From: Octopus vulgaris
Lineage: Eukaryota
Direction of reading: 5' to 3'
DNA: 64,000 nt
NCBI GenBank assembly: GCA_951406725.2
Contig: OX597829.1
Coordinates: forward strand, 28,272,001-28,336,000
The notes below the pieces were generated by a model. It was not told the DNA's origin. It searched no databases and saw only the letters and a list, made by a program, of their open reading frames with translations. Shown in pieces: positions 37,412 to 51,852 of the stretch. Position 1 is the stretch's first letter; each line of letters starts with the position of its first letter. A program made the translations under genes and the position numbers.

Positions 37412-40287
37412 AAAGAGAAAATATTACAGAAGGAATTTTTGTAATATTTCAGTAAAAATCTTTTGGTAAAAGAGGAAGTTATTTCCGCTGAATACGAATT
37501 TTCATTCATTTCAAGAGAACAAACACTTCACATTTCACAAATATTTACATAAAAGCTACAATACTGGATATGGTGTTGGAGTTTAAGATTTAATCCAGGT
37601 TATTTGACTGCCTTGCAACTGGAGATAATTTGACCCTTTTAATATTTAAACCAGCCATATCCAGCCAAAAGATTTTACTTGTTTTATGTTCAGACTAGCC
37701 ACATCTACCCCAACCCCATCAACTTTATAATATCATTCTAAAAAATCTGCAGTTACTCCATAAAAATCTCAAAGGTCTGAGATGATGAATGATTAATTGA
37801 AAACAATGTGAATAAATAAGCATTACATTTGACAGAATGCTAAAGGGTTAAAGAATTTGGGGTCAGTGTAGTTTCCATCATCCTCATTGTTGTTCTAACA
37901 TCCACTTTTCCATGCTTGCATGGGTCAGATGGAATCAGTTGAGGGAGGTTTTCTACAACTAGATGCTCTTCCTGTCACCAACCTTCACTTATTTCCAAGC
38001 CAGATAATATTTCCCCATGACTGGACATGCCTTTCACAGGTGATTGGAAACAAATGTGACTGGTTGTATGACAGTCACGTTTGTTCACAACTATTGTGCA
38101 ATGTCAATACAAGGAGTTATGCATGCATGTATATACACACATGCATGCATGTGGTTAAGAAACTCACTTTGGAAACCACAAGGCTTTTGGTTCAGTCCCA
38201 CGGTGCAGCACCTTGGGCAAGTGCTTCTACTATATAGCCAGAGCCAAGCAATGCTTTATTAGAGAATTTGGTAGACATAAACTAGAAACTGTGTGCAAGC
38301 CCATTGTAACCATCAACAATGTGGGTTGGTTAGAAGAAGATGATTGATTAGAAGAGCATCATCTTTGTTTAACGTCCATTTTCCATGCTGGAATGGGTTG
38401 AACAATTTGACTGAGGTCTGGAGAGCCAGTGGCTGCACCAGGCTCCAATCTGATCTAGATGTTTCTACAGCTGGATGCAATTCCTAACGCCAACCACTAT
38501 GAGAGTGTAGTGAGTGCTTTTTACATGCCACTGGCACAGGAGCCAGTCAGATGGACCTGGCATCGATCAAATTCAGATAGTGCTTTTTACGTGCCACCAG
38601 CACGGGGGCCAGTCAGGGGCTACTGGCATCAACCACATTCAGTTGGTGCTTTTTACATACCACTGGCACAAGAGCCAGTCAGAGGGTACTGGCATCGGCC
38701 ACGTTCAGATGGTGCTTTTTACATACTGCCAGCACAGGAGCCACTCAGGCAGACCTGGCATCGACCACATTCGGATTGTATTTTTTACATGCCACTGGCA
38801 TGGGAGCCAGTCAGGAGACACTGGCCACAGCTACGGTTTTGGTTTAATTAGTAAAGCAGGGTCGATTAGCTGAGGGCACATGTGAAATGTGAGACATTAA
38901 AAAAAAAATGGGTGGCTGAATTGTATGGTTTTCTCTCAAGATACAGTCTCTGGAAACAGCAGCAGAATAAGATGAAGACATGTCATGCCATTTTACTTGC
39001 TTCAAATAGCTTCTAATCTCAGCCCTAACAGATGTTTATAGAGGATTCTACTTTACTGCTAACCTTAAAATAAAAAAATAAAAATAAAGAAATAATATTC
39101 ACCCACATAACATATACCGCTCCACCTCTCGCTATTTCTTTACACATCTAAATCTAACAGCAGTATTTTTAGAACAGAACACTATTTATAATATCTATCC
39201 ATCCCAGTTCAGGTACTGCTACATTTTTTTTATTTTTGTTCATTTGTTTCCTTTTTGCTACCCAAAGGCAAAACAGATGAAAACTGATTATATGATATAA
39301 TACTTTATAAACAACTGTAAACGGCCATACACACACACACACATACATCTATGTATGTGTGTGTGTGTGTATTTATATATTTTCTATTAACCACATTGGA
39401 AAACTGTCTTCTACTATAGCCCCAGGCTGACCAATGCCTTCTAAGTGAATTCAGTACACAAAACTGTGTGGGGGCCCATTGTGTGTGTGTGTCTGCCCAC
39501 ACTGCTTAACAACTGGTGTTGGTTTGTTTATGTCTAAGTAATTTAACAATTTGGCAAAAGAAACCAATTAATAAAAATCCTTCAGGATGATGATACCCCA
39601 GTATGGCCAAAGTCCAATGATGGAAACAAGTAAAAATAAACAATATACATACACACACACATTTGAATTTAGAAATAAAAGGGGCGAAAAAAGTATTCAA
39701 GATTACATTAAGTATCTCCTTACAACTGTAAAATGATAAAAGGATGCTTGTGTGTGTGTGTGTGTGCATGTGTGTGTGCATGTATGTGTGTGTGTGTATA
39801 ATTGAAAACCAAGAGGAGAGTGGAGATTTATTCACATCCAAATTTACTTTTATTAAAAAGTTTTCTACACCACATATAACAATGACCAACATATGTTTCT
39901 ACTGCAGCAACTGCACATTGCTTTGTATGCAATTATGCATCCTAGTGCTGCAATTTCACCAAAAGCCCATCACTTACAGTTTTTTCAAAGTGAACTAATT
40001 CAAACAAGCTTCCTGTATAAAGTAATAATATTATGTGTAATTGTTATGAAAGTACTCAACCACAAGTATTATACAGTTTCTTGTGGTATAAAATAATACA
40101 ATCTCCAACATCTATTATGAATTGTTTCATTGTGTTACATTATATATATGTAATTCACTATTCAAGGAGCTTATATTTTGAGTTCACATTACAAGTGATT
40201 GTATTATACATCTCTCAGTCTGTCTGTCTCTCTCCATATATATAATGGAAGCTATGTCTGGGTTGATGCTTAAAATTTTACCAGTTT

Positions 40288-40375
40288 AAAATTTTGCCTG
40301 ATGATGGTAGATAGTATATTATGACTGCATTAAATAAATACAATTCTACTGAAACAGCTGTCTGTCATAAATTTT
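40288..40375 (+). ncRNA. Decayed type-I hammerhead motif in a (TA)n-flanked element at about 40240-40605
   Basis: CTGATGA (40298-40304), T, GGTAGA...TCTACT, GAAA, CAGCTG, TC: palindromic stem III and GUC triplet; stem I only partly paired. Confidence 0.6.
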
Positions 40376-40697
40376 AAGCACTATTTGCGTTTACTTTTTA
40401 TATGTATGTCACACGAAGGACCCACCACTAAGTAAGACTTATGGTTTAAATTGGATTTGGTATTTGCATATCTATGTTATCCAACCAATACTTGGTATTT
40501 TCAATGTTGTTTATTTCGCTGTGAGCTCTATTTTATCATACCTAGCCATTTCTGGAATCATGCAAGTTGATGTGCCTTGATTTTAATGAATCCACATAAC
40601 AAAATTATATATATATATATATATAGCTCAACATCATCACCATTTAACCCTCATTTGTCCATGCGTGCATCAGCTATAGACCTCCAAATGTGCAATA

Positions 40698-41988
40698 TGC
40701 AATGGAGTACCCAAAGGAAACCAGAATTTTGCAATATTATTTTATTCATTTAGTTTTACATGTTTATACTTTTACCACATTCAAAGTATTCTCTATTTGA
40801 ACCCATACACCAGTCGAGACATGCTTTTCACAGTTTGAAGCAGTCCTAGAACTCTTGCACAGTGATGCCTTTTAAAGCCTCTGTCATTTTTTTCTTCACT
40901 TCTTCCACATCTACAAAACGTTTTTCTTTAAGGACTTTTTTCATTTAGGAGGACAAAAAGTAGCAGGGAGCAAGATCAGGTGAATAAGGAATGTGGGTAA
41001 GCGGGGTCATGCAATTTTTGGTCAAAAACTGTCTCACACTCCAAGTGGTATGCACAAGTACATTGTCATCAATAAACCACCACTCTTCACTTTGCCACAG
41101 GTCAGGCCATTTTCATCTTACCATGTCTCACAAATGCTCCAGAACTGCCAAGTAAAATGTCTGGTTAACAGTTTTACCAGGGGGAATAAATTCTGTGTGG
41201 ACATTTCTTTTTGCATTGATGAAACAAATCAGTGTTGCCTTCACACTGGACTTCACTTGACACGCTTTTTGGGCATGGTGATATCAAATGACTTGATTGC
41301 TGCTTCTGGGTCATAGACATAGCAGCAGCTTTCATCACCAGTGATGACCTTTGAAAAATGGTCCGGATCAACTTCCAACTGTTCTTTCAGTTCAAGACAT
41401 GCATTCAGTCATGAGTTTTTCATCTTCTCTGAGCAAGCGAGGCATAAATTCTGCAACTCTTTTCATTCGCAATTCCTCACTCAAAATTCATTGGTAGGAG
41501 CTCCAGGACATACCAGTCATATCAAAAAGTTCAATTGTTCAGCAATGGTCTTTTGAGATCAGTTCATGAAGTTTTGTGATGTTTTCATACATTCGCGAAG
41601 TCAACAGTTGCCCTGATTGAGGTTTGTCTTCAAGTGACAAGTAACCGTTCCTAAAGCATGAAAACCACTCATAAACTTGTGTTCGTGGCAGCGTTCTTGT
41701 AAGCTGCTTGAGGCATAACAACTGTTTCGGTCACCATTTTCCCTAGCAGAAAACAGAATTTCATAGAAGCATGCTGTTCCTTCATTTCATTTCACCCATT
41801 GCAAAAATCAACGAACAAAGGAGAAGCACTGCAAAACAAATATGCACCATGTAGCATTACAATAACACTGAAAGATGCTAGTCGATAGACTGATGCTTGC
41901 ATCAAGTGGCTTCAAGTGGCAGAAGCATGAACTACAATGGGCTTGTCCCACAGAGAACATTTCTGCTTACTTGTGGGTACCCCTCATA
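40698..41988 (-). mobile_element. Full-length but degenerate mariner transposon
   Basis: About 1.3 kb with imperfect TIRs (GAGTACCCAAAGGAAACCAGAA / TTCTGCTTACTTGTGGGTACCCC). Transposase remnants EQHASMKFCFLLGK, RTQVYEWFSCFRNG..SLEDKPQSG, VITGDES and YSPDLAP, with multiple frameshifts. Confidence 0.88.
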
Positions 41989-44900
41989 TATAATTATTAT
42001 ATATATATATATATATACACAAAACAATCGAAGGAAGTACCTAATTCAACTGAATCTTACTTATATTTTATATACACACGCACACACACACACACATCCA
42101 TTCATTCATTCATCCCTTGCTATTCTGGTATTTCCCATTAAGTGCAAATCCACTGTTGCTCATCATTCACTACATACACATCTACCCTCATTTTTAACCA
42201 TCTGTTACTTTCCCCTCGCACCATCTTTCTTGAAATGCCCAAGCATCTTGCTACCACCATCTCTATCTTCCTTTCAGTTATTCCCACCCACCTCTAATGT
42301 GAGGTAACCATGTATCTCTGCTATAGCCTCTTAACACTTGGCATACTACCATCTCTGAGTCAAGGAAACCTTTTCCATTTTCCATTTTTTTTTCTTGTCT
42401 TGCATGTTACTTGGCAACCTCACTAGTGCTGGTGGCACAAAAAAAATATAATAATAATAACCCAGTACATATTGTACAGTGATTGGTGTTAGGAAGGGCA
42501 TTCATCTACAGAAATGATGTCAAAGCTAACACTGGAGCTTGATACAGTCCTGCTGCTTGCTGGATCATATGAAATCATCCAACCCATGCCAGCATAGAAA
42601 AAGATGGGGTTAAATGATGATGGTGAAGATGATGGTGATGGTGAAGATGATGATGATGGTGGTGGTGATGATGGTGATGAAGACTTTTGTTAACTCAAGT
42701 CTACACTAGAAGACATTTGTCCAAAGTGCTGAGCAGTGAGTGTGCTGATGTAAACTCTTGCTTAGAAACTTATAACAAGCAACATTTGCGACAATTTGTT
42801 TACTGATCTGAATCAGTTTCACTGTTTGTTTAGAAAGTTGAATAGGAAATAAAAGCAAAACGAATTTATCCCGCATCTGGCTGACATCAAGAAAAACTGG
42901 AAACTCTGTGTAAGGAATTGTAGCTAAGCAAAAGGATTGTAAACAGCATCAACACAAGTTTTAGAGAATGTGGTATTTAAGATAATCCCTACATGGCCAG
43001 CTCTTATGCTGGGCTGTGCAAGTCAGTGTTTCTCAAGGATGGGTACATATCTTACTGGTTGGGCATTGGTAATATTTTAATGGAACCATATCCAGCCAAA
43101 ATATTCTATCTCGTTTATGCTCAAATTGGCCCCTTACACCTGCCCTACAATGTCATTCTAAAAATAAACATCCTTTAAATCTCAAAGCTACGAGACAATG
43201 TGAGAATAATTCAAAACAATGTGAATAAATACATTAGACTAAGAAATCTGAATGCTAAAGGGTTAAGCAAGTAACAAGCAAATAAAATTTGCAATTAAGT
43301 TTCAATTAAAACTTTCATGTGTGTGTGCGTATGTGTGTATGCATGTGCGCACATGTGTATTTTGTATATGTCCCACAGGCACCCTCTGACATTTTTTTTA
43401 TCCAAAGGGACTTTTAACCCAATATTTACAAGCTATTTGTAGCAATTATAGTTTTATTTACTTCTGCAGTTCTAAATACTAACTTTGCCCATTCAAGGTG
43501 AAGCTTGCATGATTTTTGTTATTTAGAAGATCCAAGTCAGGTGTGGGGGGATAAAAAAAAGTCGAGACACAGAGGTAATGGTGCTGATGATAGTTTCCTT
43601 TGACTAGACAGAAGATATCATTTCTTTTTTTTTTTTTTGGTTCAGTTTTTATAAGAGCGTGGGAGCATAACAGATGACTTAACTAACATAGAATGGATAA
43701 AGGGTATACTTCAAATACTACTCACTACTGAGGCATTGAAATAAATATGCCAACTCATTATCAACTGCACCTAGAATATATCTGGGGATTTTTTGTTTTT
43801 TTTTTCTATAAAAATAGAATATCAGATGTAGTAGAGTTTCTCATCATTTAGTTTATATAATATAACTACACTATATAATGTCACACCTAAAATAAGGAAA
43901 GCTTTCATAAAACATAGACTGACAAGATTATGTTATCACAGTAAAGATGTGTGGTGAAGAAATTCATTTCTTTTTTAACTTCGCATGTGCCCTGGGTGAG
44001 TTCTACTATAGCCTTAGGTTGGTTAACGCCTTGAGGAATTTTGGAGCTGGAAATTAAATACATGCATGTGTGTGTGTGTGTGTGTGTGTGATGCCTTTGT
44101 ATGTCTTGTGGCATAAAAACCTTGCCTAAGCTTGCACTTGAAATTTTCCACTCCAAGTGCAGGCAGGCCTGGACAAAGTTTCTACAGAAAGACCAACAAC
44201 AAATCTCCCCTCTCTTCATGCCACTGATGTTGTCCAAAAGAAAAGTAAAGGTACACCAGGGTCATTGCAGACATTATTGCCACTCTCAGAAAGTAAGGAA
44301 CTCAAATAGATAAGGTAAAGCCCATGTAAAATATTCCCATCAAATGTCCTAACCATTCAGCCCATGTGTTTACACTGGACTGGTACTTTATCATCTCTAA
44401 ACGGATGAAAGATAAAGTTGACCTCTTTAGTGCAATTTGAACTCAAGTGCAGAGGGCCAGAAAAAACACAACATTCTAAAAACTCAGCAATGGCATGAAT
44501 GTATGGTTAAGAAAGTCTACTTCCCAATCATGTGGTTTCGGAGTCCCATCGTGCAGCGCTTTCAGTAAATGTCTTTTACTATAGCCTTGAGTTGAGCAAA
44601 GCTTTATAAGTGAATTTGGTACATGGAATCTACAAGAACCCTGTTGTGTGAGTGTGTCCTTGTCTTGACATTGTGCAAGAGTTGTCAACAAATGTTATCT
44701 TCATACAAGTAAGTGGAGCATTCATTTGCAATCTTCAGTAAAAACATGTCTGGCCATTATGCTGTTCAGCTTTGCAGGACTAAGGAAAATATTACCTTTC
44801 TAGGAAACAGGTGAGGATTGGTGACAAGAAACCAGAAACCACATGAAATCCACCTCAACAAATTCTGTTTGACCCATGCAAGCATGGAAAAGCAGACACT

Positions 44901-45164
44901 AAAAAGTGACAATGAGGAGAAGGAAGACAAACAGTGAATGGCAGCTTCTCCTCTTACTCTTATCAACTACAAAATCTATCTTGAAAGTATTTAGTAAGAC
45001 TAATTATCAGAGTGTACATTAGCAACTATAGAACTATATTAAGTTGTCCTTAGATAATGATGAAACGATAAATACATGAGATAATTATCCCTCCAAATTT
45101 ATGAGCTATGTGATATATATGTGTGCGTGTATGAGGGAGATAAATAATGTAATAAAAAATGACA

Positions 45165-45201
<37 letters not shown>

Positions 45202-45217
45202 TGTATATGTATGTATG

Positions 45218-45248
<31 letters not shown>

Positions 45249-45390
45249 ATATATATTATGGTGGTAATGATAATGTTGTGAGTAATGTATTTTAGGTGTT
45301 CCTCACATCATATCATCTGCTAATAAAAAAAACCTACAAGCATCAGAAATGTGGTAACTAAAAGGGAAGGGAGTTTCCATTATCATGATT

Positions 45391-45424
<34 letters not shown>

Positions 45425-45752
45425 CCATCATCATCATCATTATTATTAACTTATACTTTTTATATTTGTTTTATTTATCTTATTTCATTTCTTTCTTTTT
45501 TCTTTTTTTTTTTGTGATCAGCAGTTTGTAAAAACTAGGATACCAAATATGGCCAAGGCAAAGAGAAAAAAGAGATAAACACCTTATTGGCTTGCTGAGG
45601 AATGCTGGTGAGGGAAGCAAGTGGAGAAACAGGATGGTTTAGAGAGAAAGAAAGCGAGAAAGCGAGAAAACGAAAAATGAGGTGGTGAGTGAAGAGGAGA
45701 AGGAAGAGGAGAGAGAATAAAAGAGAAGTGAAAGAGGGAGAGAGAAACAGAG

Positions 45753-45792
<40 letters not shown>

Positions 45793-46172
45793 AAGTAGGC
45801 AATGGTACTAAAACTGTTATTACAAAGTGAGTGGGCTTGTTTGTGTAGGTTGTATGTTGGTGAAATTGCAATGAACCAGTTGTGTAAGCTAAACAAATTG
45901 TATATAGTTTTAAAACTGGCTCTCCTCTCCTGCACGAACAATAACATAACAGTTGGTTGTGTGTATGCTCTTACCCCACCTCTTTTTCTCTCTTTCTGTT
46001 TTTGTTTTCCTCACACATTTTCCATGTGTGAAATAAATTTGCAACTGATGGCAGAAAATCTTTTCTTTTAGAATTTAGCAAAAAAGAAAGTGCCTTTCAA
46101 AATCTTGAAGTAATATATATATAACCATTTCTTTTTCACTTATTTCCACTGCCAAAATTTTGCCATGGTTTT

Positions 46173-46220
<48 letters not shown>

Positions 46221-46709
46221 ACAAATATCTGTAATTTAAAAAACTATATCTGTACATTACCAGAAATTGCTATATAATTCATACTTTATTAAAGATCATG
46301 ATATATAATTTATATAAAATTAAATGATTTCACTCAAATATGACTAGCTGCTCTCGCAAACAGGTACTGTCCTAGCAGTAAATAGGTACCATACATCCTA
46401 CTATCTTAAAAATTAGTATGAATAGAGTGATTATGGGTTTCATACCCATGTCATGTCATGACTGGAATGCCTTAGGCCATAAATCTGCTCAATCAAGGTT
46501 GACCTGAGGTTAAACAAGTAAATAAGGAGAATCTCCTCACAAACACTCAACCTTTTAGAAATAGCAGCTAAATCTTTCTCAAATCATGATCTACCTTAAA
46601 GCAGGATACATGGGGCAATGTTAAGTTGATATAAAAAAAACAGGGTGAGGGTAAGAATCATTGGGATCACAACGCTACTCAACCAACCTGGTTAAACAAC
46701 AATATAACA

Positions 46710-47127
46710 ACTTTTGCTTTTACCTGTTTCAGTCATTTGACTGCAGCCATGCTGGAGCACTGCCTGAAAGGGTTTTTTAGTCAAAGAAATCAACCCCAGG
46801 ACTTATTCTTTGTAAGTCTAGTTCTTATTCTATTGGACCTTTTGCAAAATTGTGTTATGGGATGTAAACACACCAGCATTGGTTGTCAAGTAATGGTAGG
46901 GGACAAACATAGACACAATGATACACACACACATAATGCATATATATATATATATATATACATGATGGGCTTCTTTCAGTTTCCATCTTCGAAATTTACT
47001 CACAAGGCATTGGGCAGCCTGAGGCTATAGTAAAAGACACTTGCCCAAGGTGCCACACAATGGGACTGACCCTGGAACCATGTGATTGGGAAGCAAGTTT
47101 CTTACAACACAGTCATGCCTGCACCTA
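46710..47127 (-). mobile_element. tRNA-derived SINE, family A
   Basis: Reverse-complement copy, moderately diverged. Confidence 0.8.
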
Positions 47128-49639
47128 TATTAAATGTTTTAAACATTAAGATGGTAGATTGGTAGGACAACAAAATACTAGGTCAAATATGAAATTTTTA
47201 ATTTCATCCCTCTGTGTTTGAAGTTGAAAACTTATTGTGGCCCAATAAGTAAGGTCTAGAATTATATCACATCAAAATTGACTGTACCTCTTAAAATGTG
47301 TGAATTCTTGTGTAAATGTACGGGTAGGCTGATAAAGTAAGGACCAGAGTTACAACAATCAATATGTATGTCTTTGTGTAAAGATACAAAAAAAAAACAT
47401 TAAACATTCACATGTTGGTATATATTTTACAAACAGTTAGAAGAGAAGGCAGCACTCATGGACCTTTTCAGGGCATCTGGCAGGAGAGAGAAGTCTATAT
47501 CTCCTCAAACTGGAGATTGAGCCAAATACTTGCAATGGGAGGAAAACTAGATGTCAGGTGGCCATACCAAACCTGGTAAAAAGGGTAAAGACCTCCTTCA
47601 GTCATGAATGACCTTAGGATTGCATCTAGAAAGTTCACCTCCAAGGCACAGGTCCAGGTATGGTTGTTTATGGAAGACCAGCAGTTGCCCATATATACCA
47701 GCTTTCCCTCTCTATGCCACCAATATCGTCCAAGGGAAAGGCAAAGGTCAATACAGCTTGACACCAGTGACAATGCAACCCATTTTTACAGATGAGTGAA
47801 CTGTAGTAATGTGAAATAAAGTGCCTTGCTCAAGAACACAACATGCAGTTCAGTCTACAAATCGAACTCACTACCTCATGATTGTCAACCCAATACTCTA
47901 ACCATTGAGCCATGCACCTTCACTAAACCTAGTAATGTATTACTAGGTAATGCACATTAAACCTGGTAATGTATTTTTAAGTCTATCAGCCAAGTTAACT
48001 ATTGTAGGATTTGAACTTGGTATGCAAGGAACTGGAAAAAATACAATGCAGTATCCCATCTGATACTTTAACAATTCTACCAATATGCAGCCCAGGATTA
48101 TTATCATTATCATTTTTTTTTTGAACGGATAAAAGGCAAAAAGTGATCTCAGTGAATTTTTTTGAACTCAAAGATTAAATAATGCAAGGTATTCTATCCA
48201 GCACTCGTTGGTTGTGTTCTCTGCTAATTCACCACTTAACACAAATGTCAGTGAATGAAAATATCTAAACTGAGTTCTGAATCTGTACTGCCAGCTCCCC
48301 TAGGATACTGGAAAGTAACATCGATTTATGGAGTCAAAACAGTCATTTAAAAGATATTTGCATTAATTTATATTAATAAATTTTCAGAATTACACACATA
48401 CACACAGAGACTGTTTACAAAGATAAGAAACACTCACAGTGTAAAGTTTAGGGAGTGGGAGTGAAAGCCATTTCAGTTCAGTAACATATGGTATGCACAG
48501 AGAGAGAGAGAGAGAATAATTTAAATTTGTGATATCTGAGAAAAGTAAGAGGTATATGTAAGTTAGTGTTATGACAAGAAGAGGTTAGACAGTTAAAACA
48601 ACTTTTAATCTTGGGACAGCCAAAGTGTTATTCTCTCAATGTCTCATGCAACGATACAAAGCACTGAATATAGAGGATTATATGTAGATGTATGTAAAAT
48701 GTGTGATGGTGTATGGTAATGAAATATGGATGGTGAATGTGGAGGACTATATACATACATATATCATCATCATCATATAACATCCCTTTTCTCATGCTGG
48801 CATGCGTTGGACAGTTCAATATCAACAGAAGAGCCAAAGGAGTGCCAAACTCTAATGTCCGCTTTGGTATAGTTTCTACAACTGGATGTCCTGGGTGCTT
48901 TTTTTGTGGTATCACTTTTATATTCATTTTTTTATGCTGGCATGGTTTGAGTTATCTCCTATTGGTGGCTGCTGCTTTCATTTACTGATGCTCACCATTT
49001 AGCTTAGTTTCTGTGGCTGGATTCCCTTCCAATCATTAACCATATTACAGTGTAATGTATGCATTTTTCATGACACTAACACAAGAGAGGGTGAATAAAG
49101 AGGACCTCAAAAGCCTATGTATCTCTGCTCATTTGTTAACCTATCCACAAGGTACACTAGGAACATTTTTTTGTTCTAATCCTGGAAAGACCACCTCACT
49201 CACCAATCATTTTGAGGGGATGTGAGTTGCTGGCTTTCTATTGTGGAACCAATATAGGAGGGGTGGTGCCTTGTACACAGGACAATGTTGGGGGTCAAGA
49301 CAAGTAAACCAGAGAGGGGTGGAAATAACAGAGAGTGTCGTGATGCCGGCTGTGAGGCCAAAAGTGGGTGAAGAGAATACTCAATAACCCAGATTGTGTA
49401 TATTTGCTCAGATGACCAAGGAGGGGATTAGAGGAGAAAGCAATTATGTGAAAAGGACCTGGATGGTTGGGAAGAAGAAAGGAACAGTAATATAATTTAA
49501 GAGGCAAGATTATTTGGGGTGGAATCAGGTCGAGTGGGATTGACAACAACAGAGGTGGATAAAGGTAATGGTGAGAGATGAGTGGTAACAGAAGTGCATG
49601 TTAGTAATATGGTCAAATATTTTAGCTTTTCCAGATCGT

Positions 49640-50800
49640 GAGTCAATCATTTACTAACATAATCAAGTACACCAATGATTATTCGTATAAATGTGAATTT
49701 ATAATCAGGGTAGAAGAGTTGCAGGTTTCAAAGCAGTTCCCCATAACAATCTTTCTAGCTGATTTTGGAACGGTATCTCATATCTGCAGGGCAAAGTTGG
49801 AAAATTTGGTTATTTCTTACCTACACATAGTTATGTTCCCTGAATCCTGTTTGTCTGTATTCCTGTATCTTAATCTGTGATCTGTGTATTGTGATCATGT
49901 GTTTGTCTTAAGGACTCTCTAGTTTGTTCTATGTAATGCTCTCCACATCCTGAGCATTGCATAGATTATGTTTTCAGATGCATGAGTGCATTTTATTGTG
50001 AAGCACTGTCCTTGTTTAAAACAGATCTCTCATTCTTCTGACAGATTAAGACATATACCACAGTTAGGCCTTCTGCATTTTTTTAATTATTGATCCTATT
50101 GTGAAGTTTCGCCTTTGTTAGTATCTTTTGTTCTTTATGAAGGTATGTGTTTAGAGGATTTAGTTCAAACTGGGATTTTTTTTTCAGTGTTGGTATGTTT
50201 TAGAATATGAGGTTATACAGATCATTGTTTTAGGGATTGCAGGTGGAAACATGTAGTAATACTTTCAATTCTAATGTATTTATTTGTCTTGTATTCCATT
50301 ATCAGTTAAGGATAGTAATTCCTGTCAAGGAGTGTATCCTTCAGTTCTTGAAGATTTATGTCTTATGTCACGGATATTTGCACAGGATATTATTGTATAG
50401 ATTCTTATAGCTAGGTTATGAGCGACATTTATTCTGGTGTGTCTTGGATGGCATGAATTGAATAGAAAATATTGTTTGGAATTCATAAGTAAATGTTGAT
50501 CTCTTTTTCTTGTTGACTTATCAGGATGTATAAAAATGGGCATTGATTATAGCTATATTCCATGGTGGATGGTATACTTTTATTAATTCCATAGAAGAGT
50601 GTTTCAACTTGTAGTTTTTGTATGTTTTCATTCCACAGGATGAAGCAATCATCAATGTACCTTTTCCATTTTTCTTGTTTATATTTGAAGAAAGAGTTTC
50701 CATATTTTTGTAGTGATTTTTGGTATAGTGTAATCTCTAGATAACCCATAACTACATTTGCAAGGAATGAGGTTGTTTTTGTTTCCATCAAAGTCCCAGG
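49640..50800 (-). mobile_element. Decayed Penelope-like element RT and C-terminal remnant
   Basis: MxTKxxSFLANVVMGYLE...WKRYIDDCFILW and SKQYFLFNSCHPRHTRINVAHNLAIRI are typical of the PLE RT and thumb. Downstream sequence is frameshifted where a GIY-YIG domain would lie. Confidence 0.8.
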
Positions 50801-51607
50801 AATATAAATATAAAGTATGTGTTCCCTAGAATAAAGTTTAGTCCTATTATACTACATGTGTGTATGAGCACTTATGTATGTATGTACATACACACATATG
50901 AACTCTTTTCCTTGTATTTGTATTCATATACAGACATCTTTACAATGCATCAACGATAAGAATTTCATAGTTTAGAAATGATTCAAAGAATCTTGCTATT
51001 CTGCTGACAACATTCCATTATTTTATCTGTAAAGCAACATAGTATATCACTGATGAAAGATATTTTATACACATTATAACCATTTTTTTCCAAGTTGGCA
51101 TGATTTAGACATAACCTATTGAAGACTATTTGTAGTTAGATACACTTCTTGTCACCAACATCCACTTGTTTTTCTTTCAAGAAAGATATTTCCTATACCA
51201 CTGGTCCACAAAGATCTGCTGAACTACAAGACATGTTTCTGATTTTTGTTCATATGTTGTTGTTGATGAAGACATGCTCTCTCATGTTTGTACATACAAG
51301 CGGGTGTGGAAAAGTTGTTGGCTTCAGGTAAAAGAAAGTAGAGGAGGATCAGTTAATTATGATTTTATCCAACATATTCCCCTCTCAGATTCATACACTT
51401 ATTGCAGCAGTCCTGTAAAAGAAATTGGAAGGTTGGACCTCCAATTGGGCCTATCGTGATACCTTTAAAGCTAAGAACACACACACACATGCAATATATA
51501 TATATATATATATATAATTAATTAAGGGTAGAAATTGATATTAGTCAATTAAAACCAGTGGTCTAGCACATTAAAAAGAATCCGAAGATTAAAATATTTA
51601 TATATAC

Positions 51608-51797
51608 CAATTAAGGACTGAACATGAAAAGTGGACAGTCAACATGCTAGATATAGACGTCAAATCACCATTCTCCACAAAGATTATGTTCTCAAATAAA
51701 TATTATTTATTTGAGAACATAATCTTTGTGGAGAATGGTGATTTGACGTCTATATCTAGCATGTTGACTGTCCACTTTTCATGTTCAGTCCTTTAAT

Positions 51798-51799
<2 letters not shown>
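51608..51799. repeat. Near-perfect palindrome (95/96-bp arms, 1-nt centre) in a (TA)n tract
   Basis: 51608-51702 is the reverse complement of 51704-51799 with one indel near the outer end. An extension of about 90 bp lies on the left, with TA runs on both sides. Confidence 0.9.

Positions 51800-51852
<53 letters not shown>

Noticed and set aside
40445-40530. Minus-strand peptide ...KYWLDNIDMQ... resembling the WLDN motif of ILK exon 1
   Set aside because: Flanking residues do not match, stops lie close on both sides, there is no start codon or phase-2 donor, and it is inside a TA-flanked repeat.
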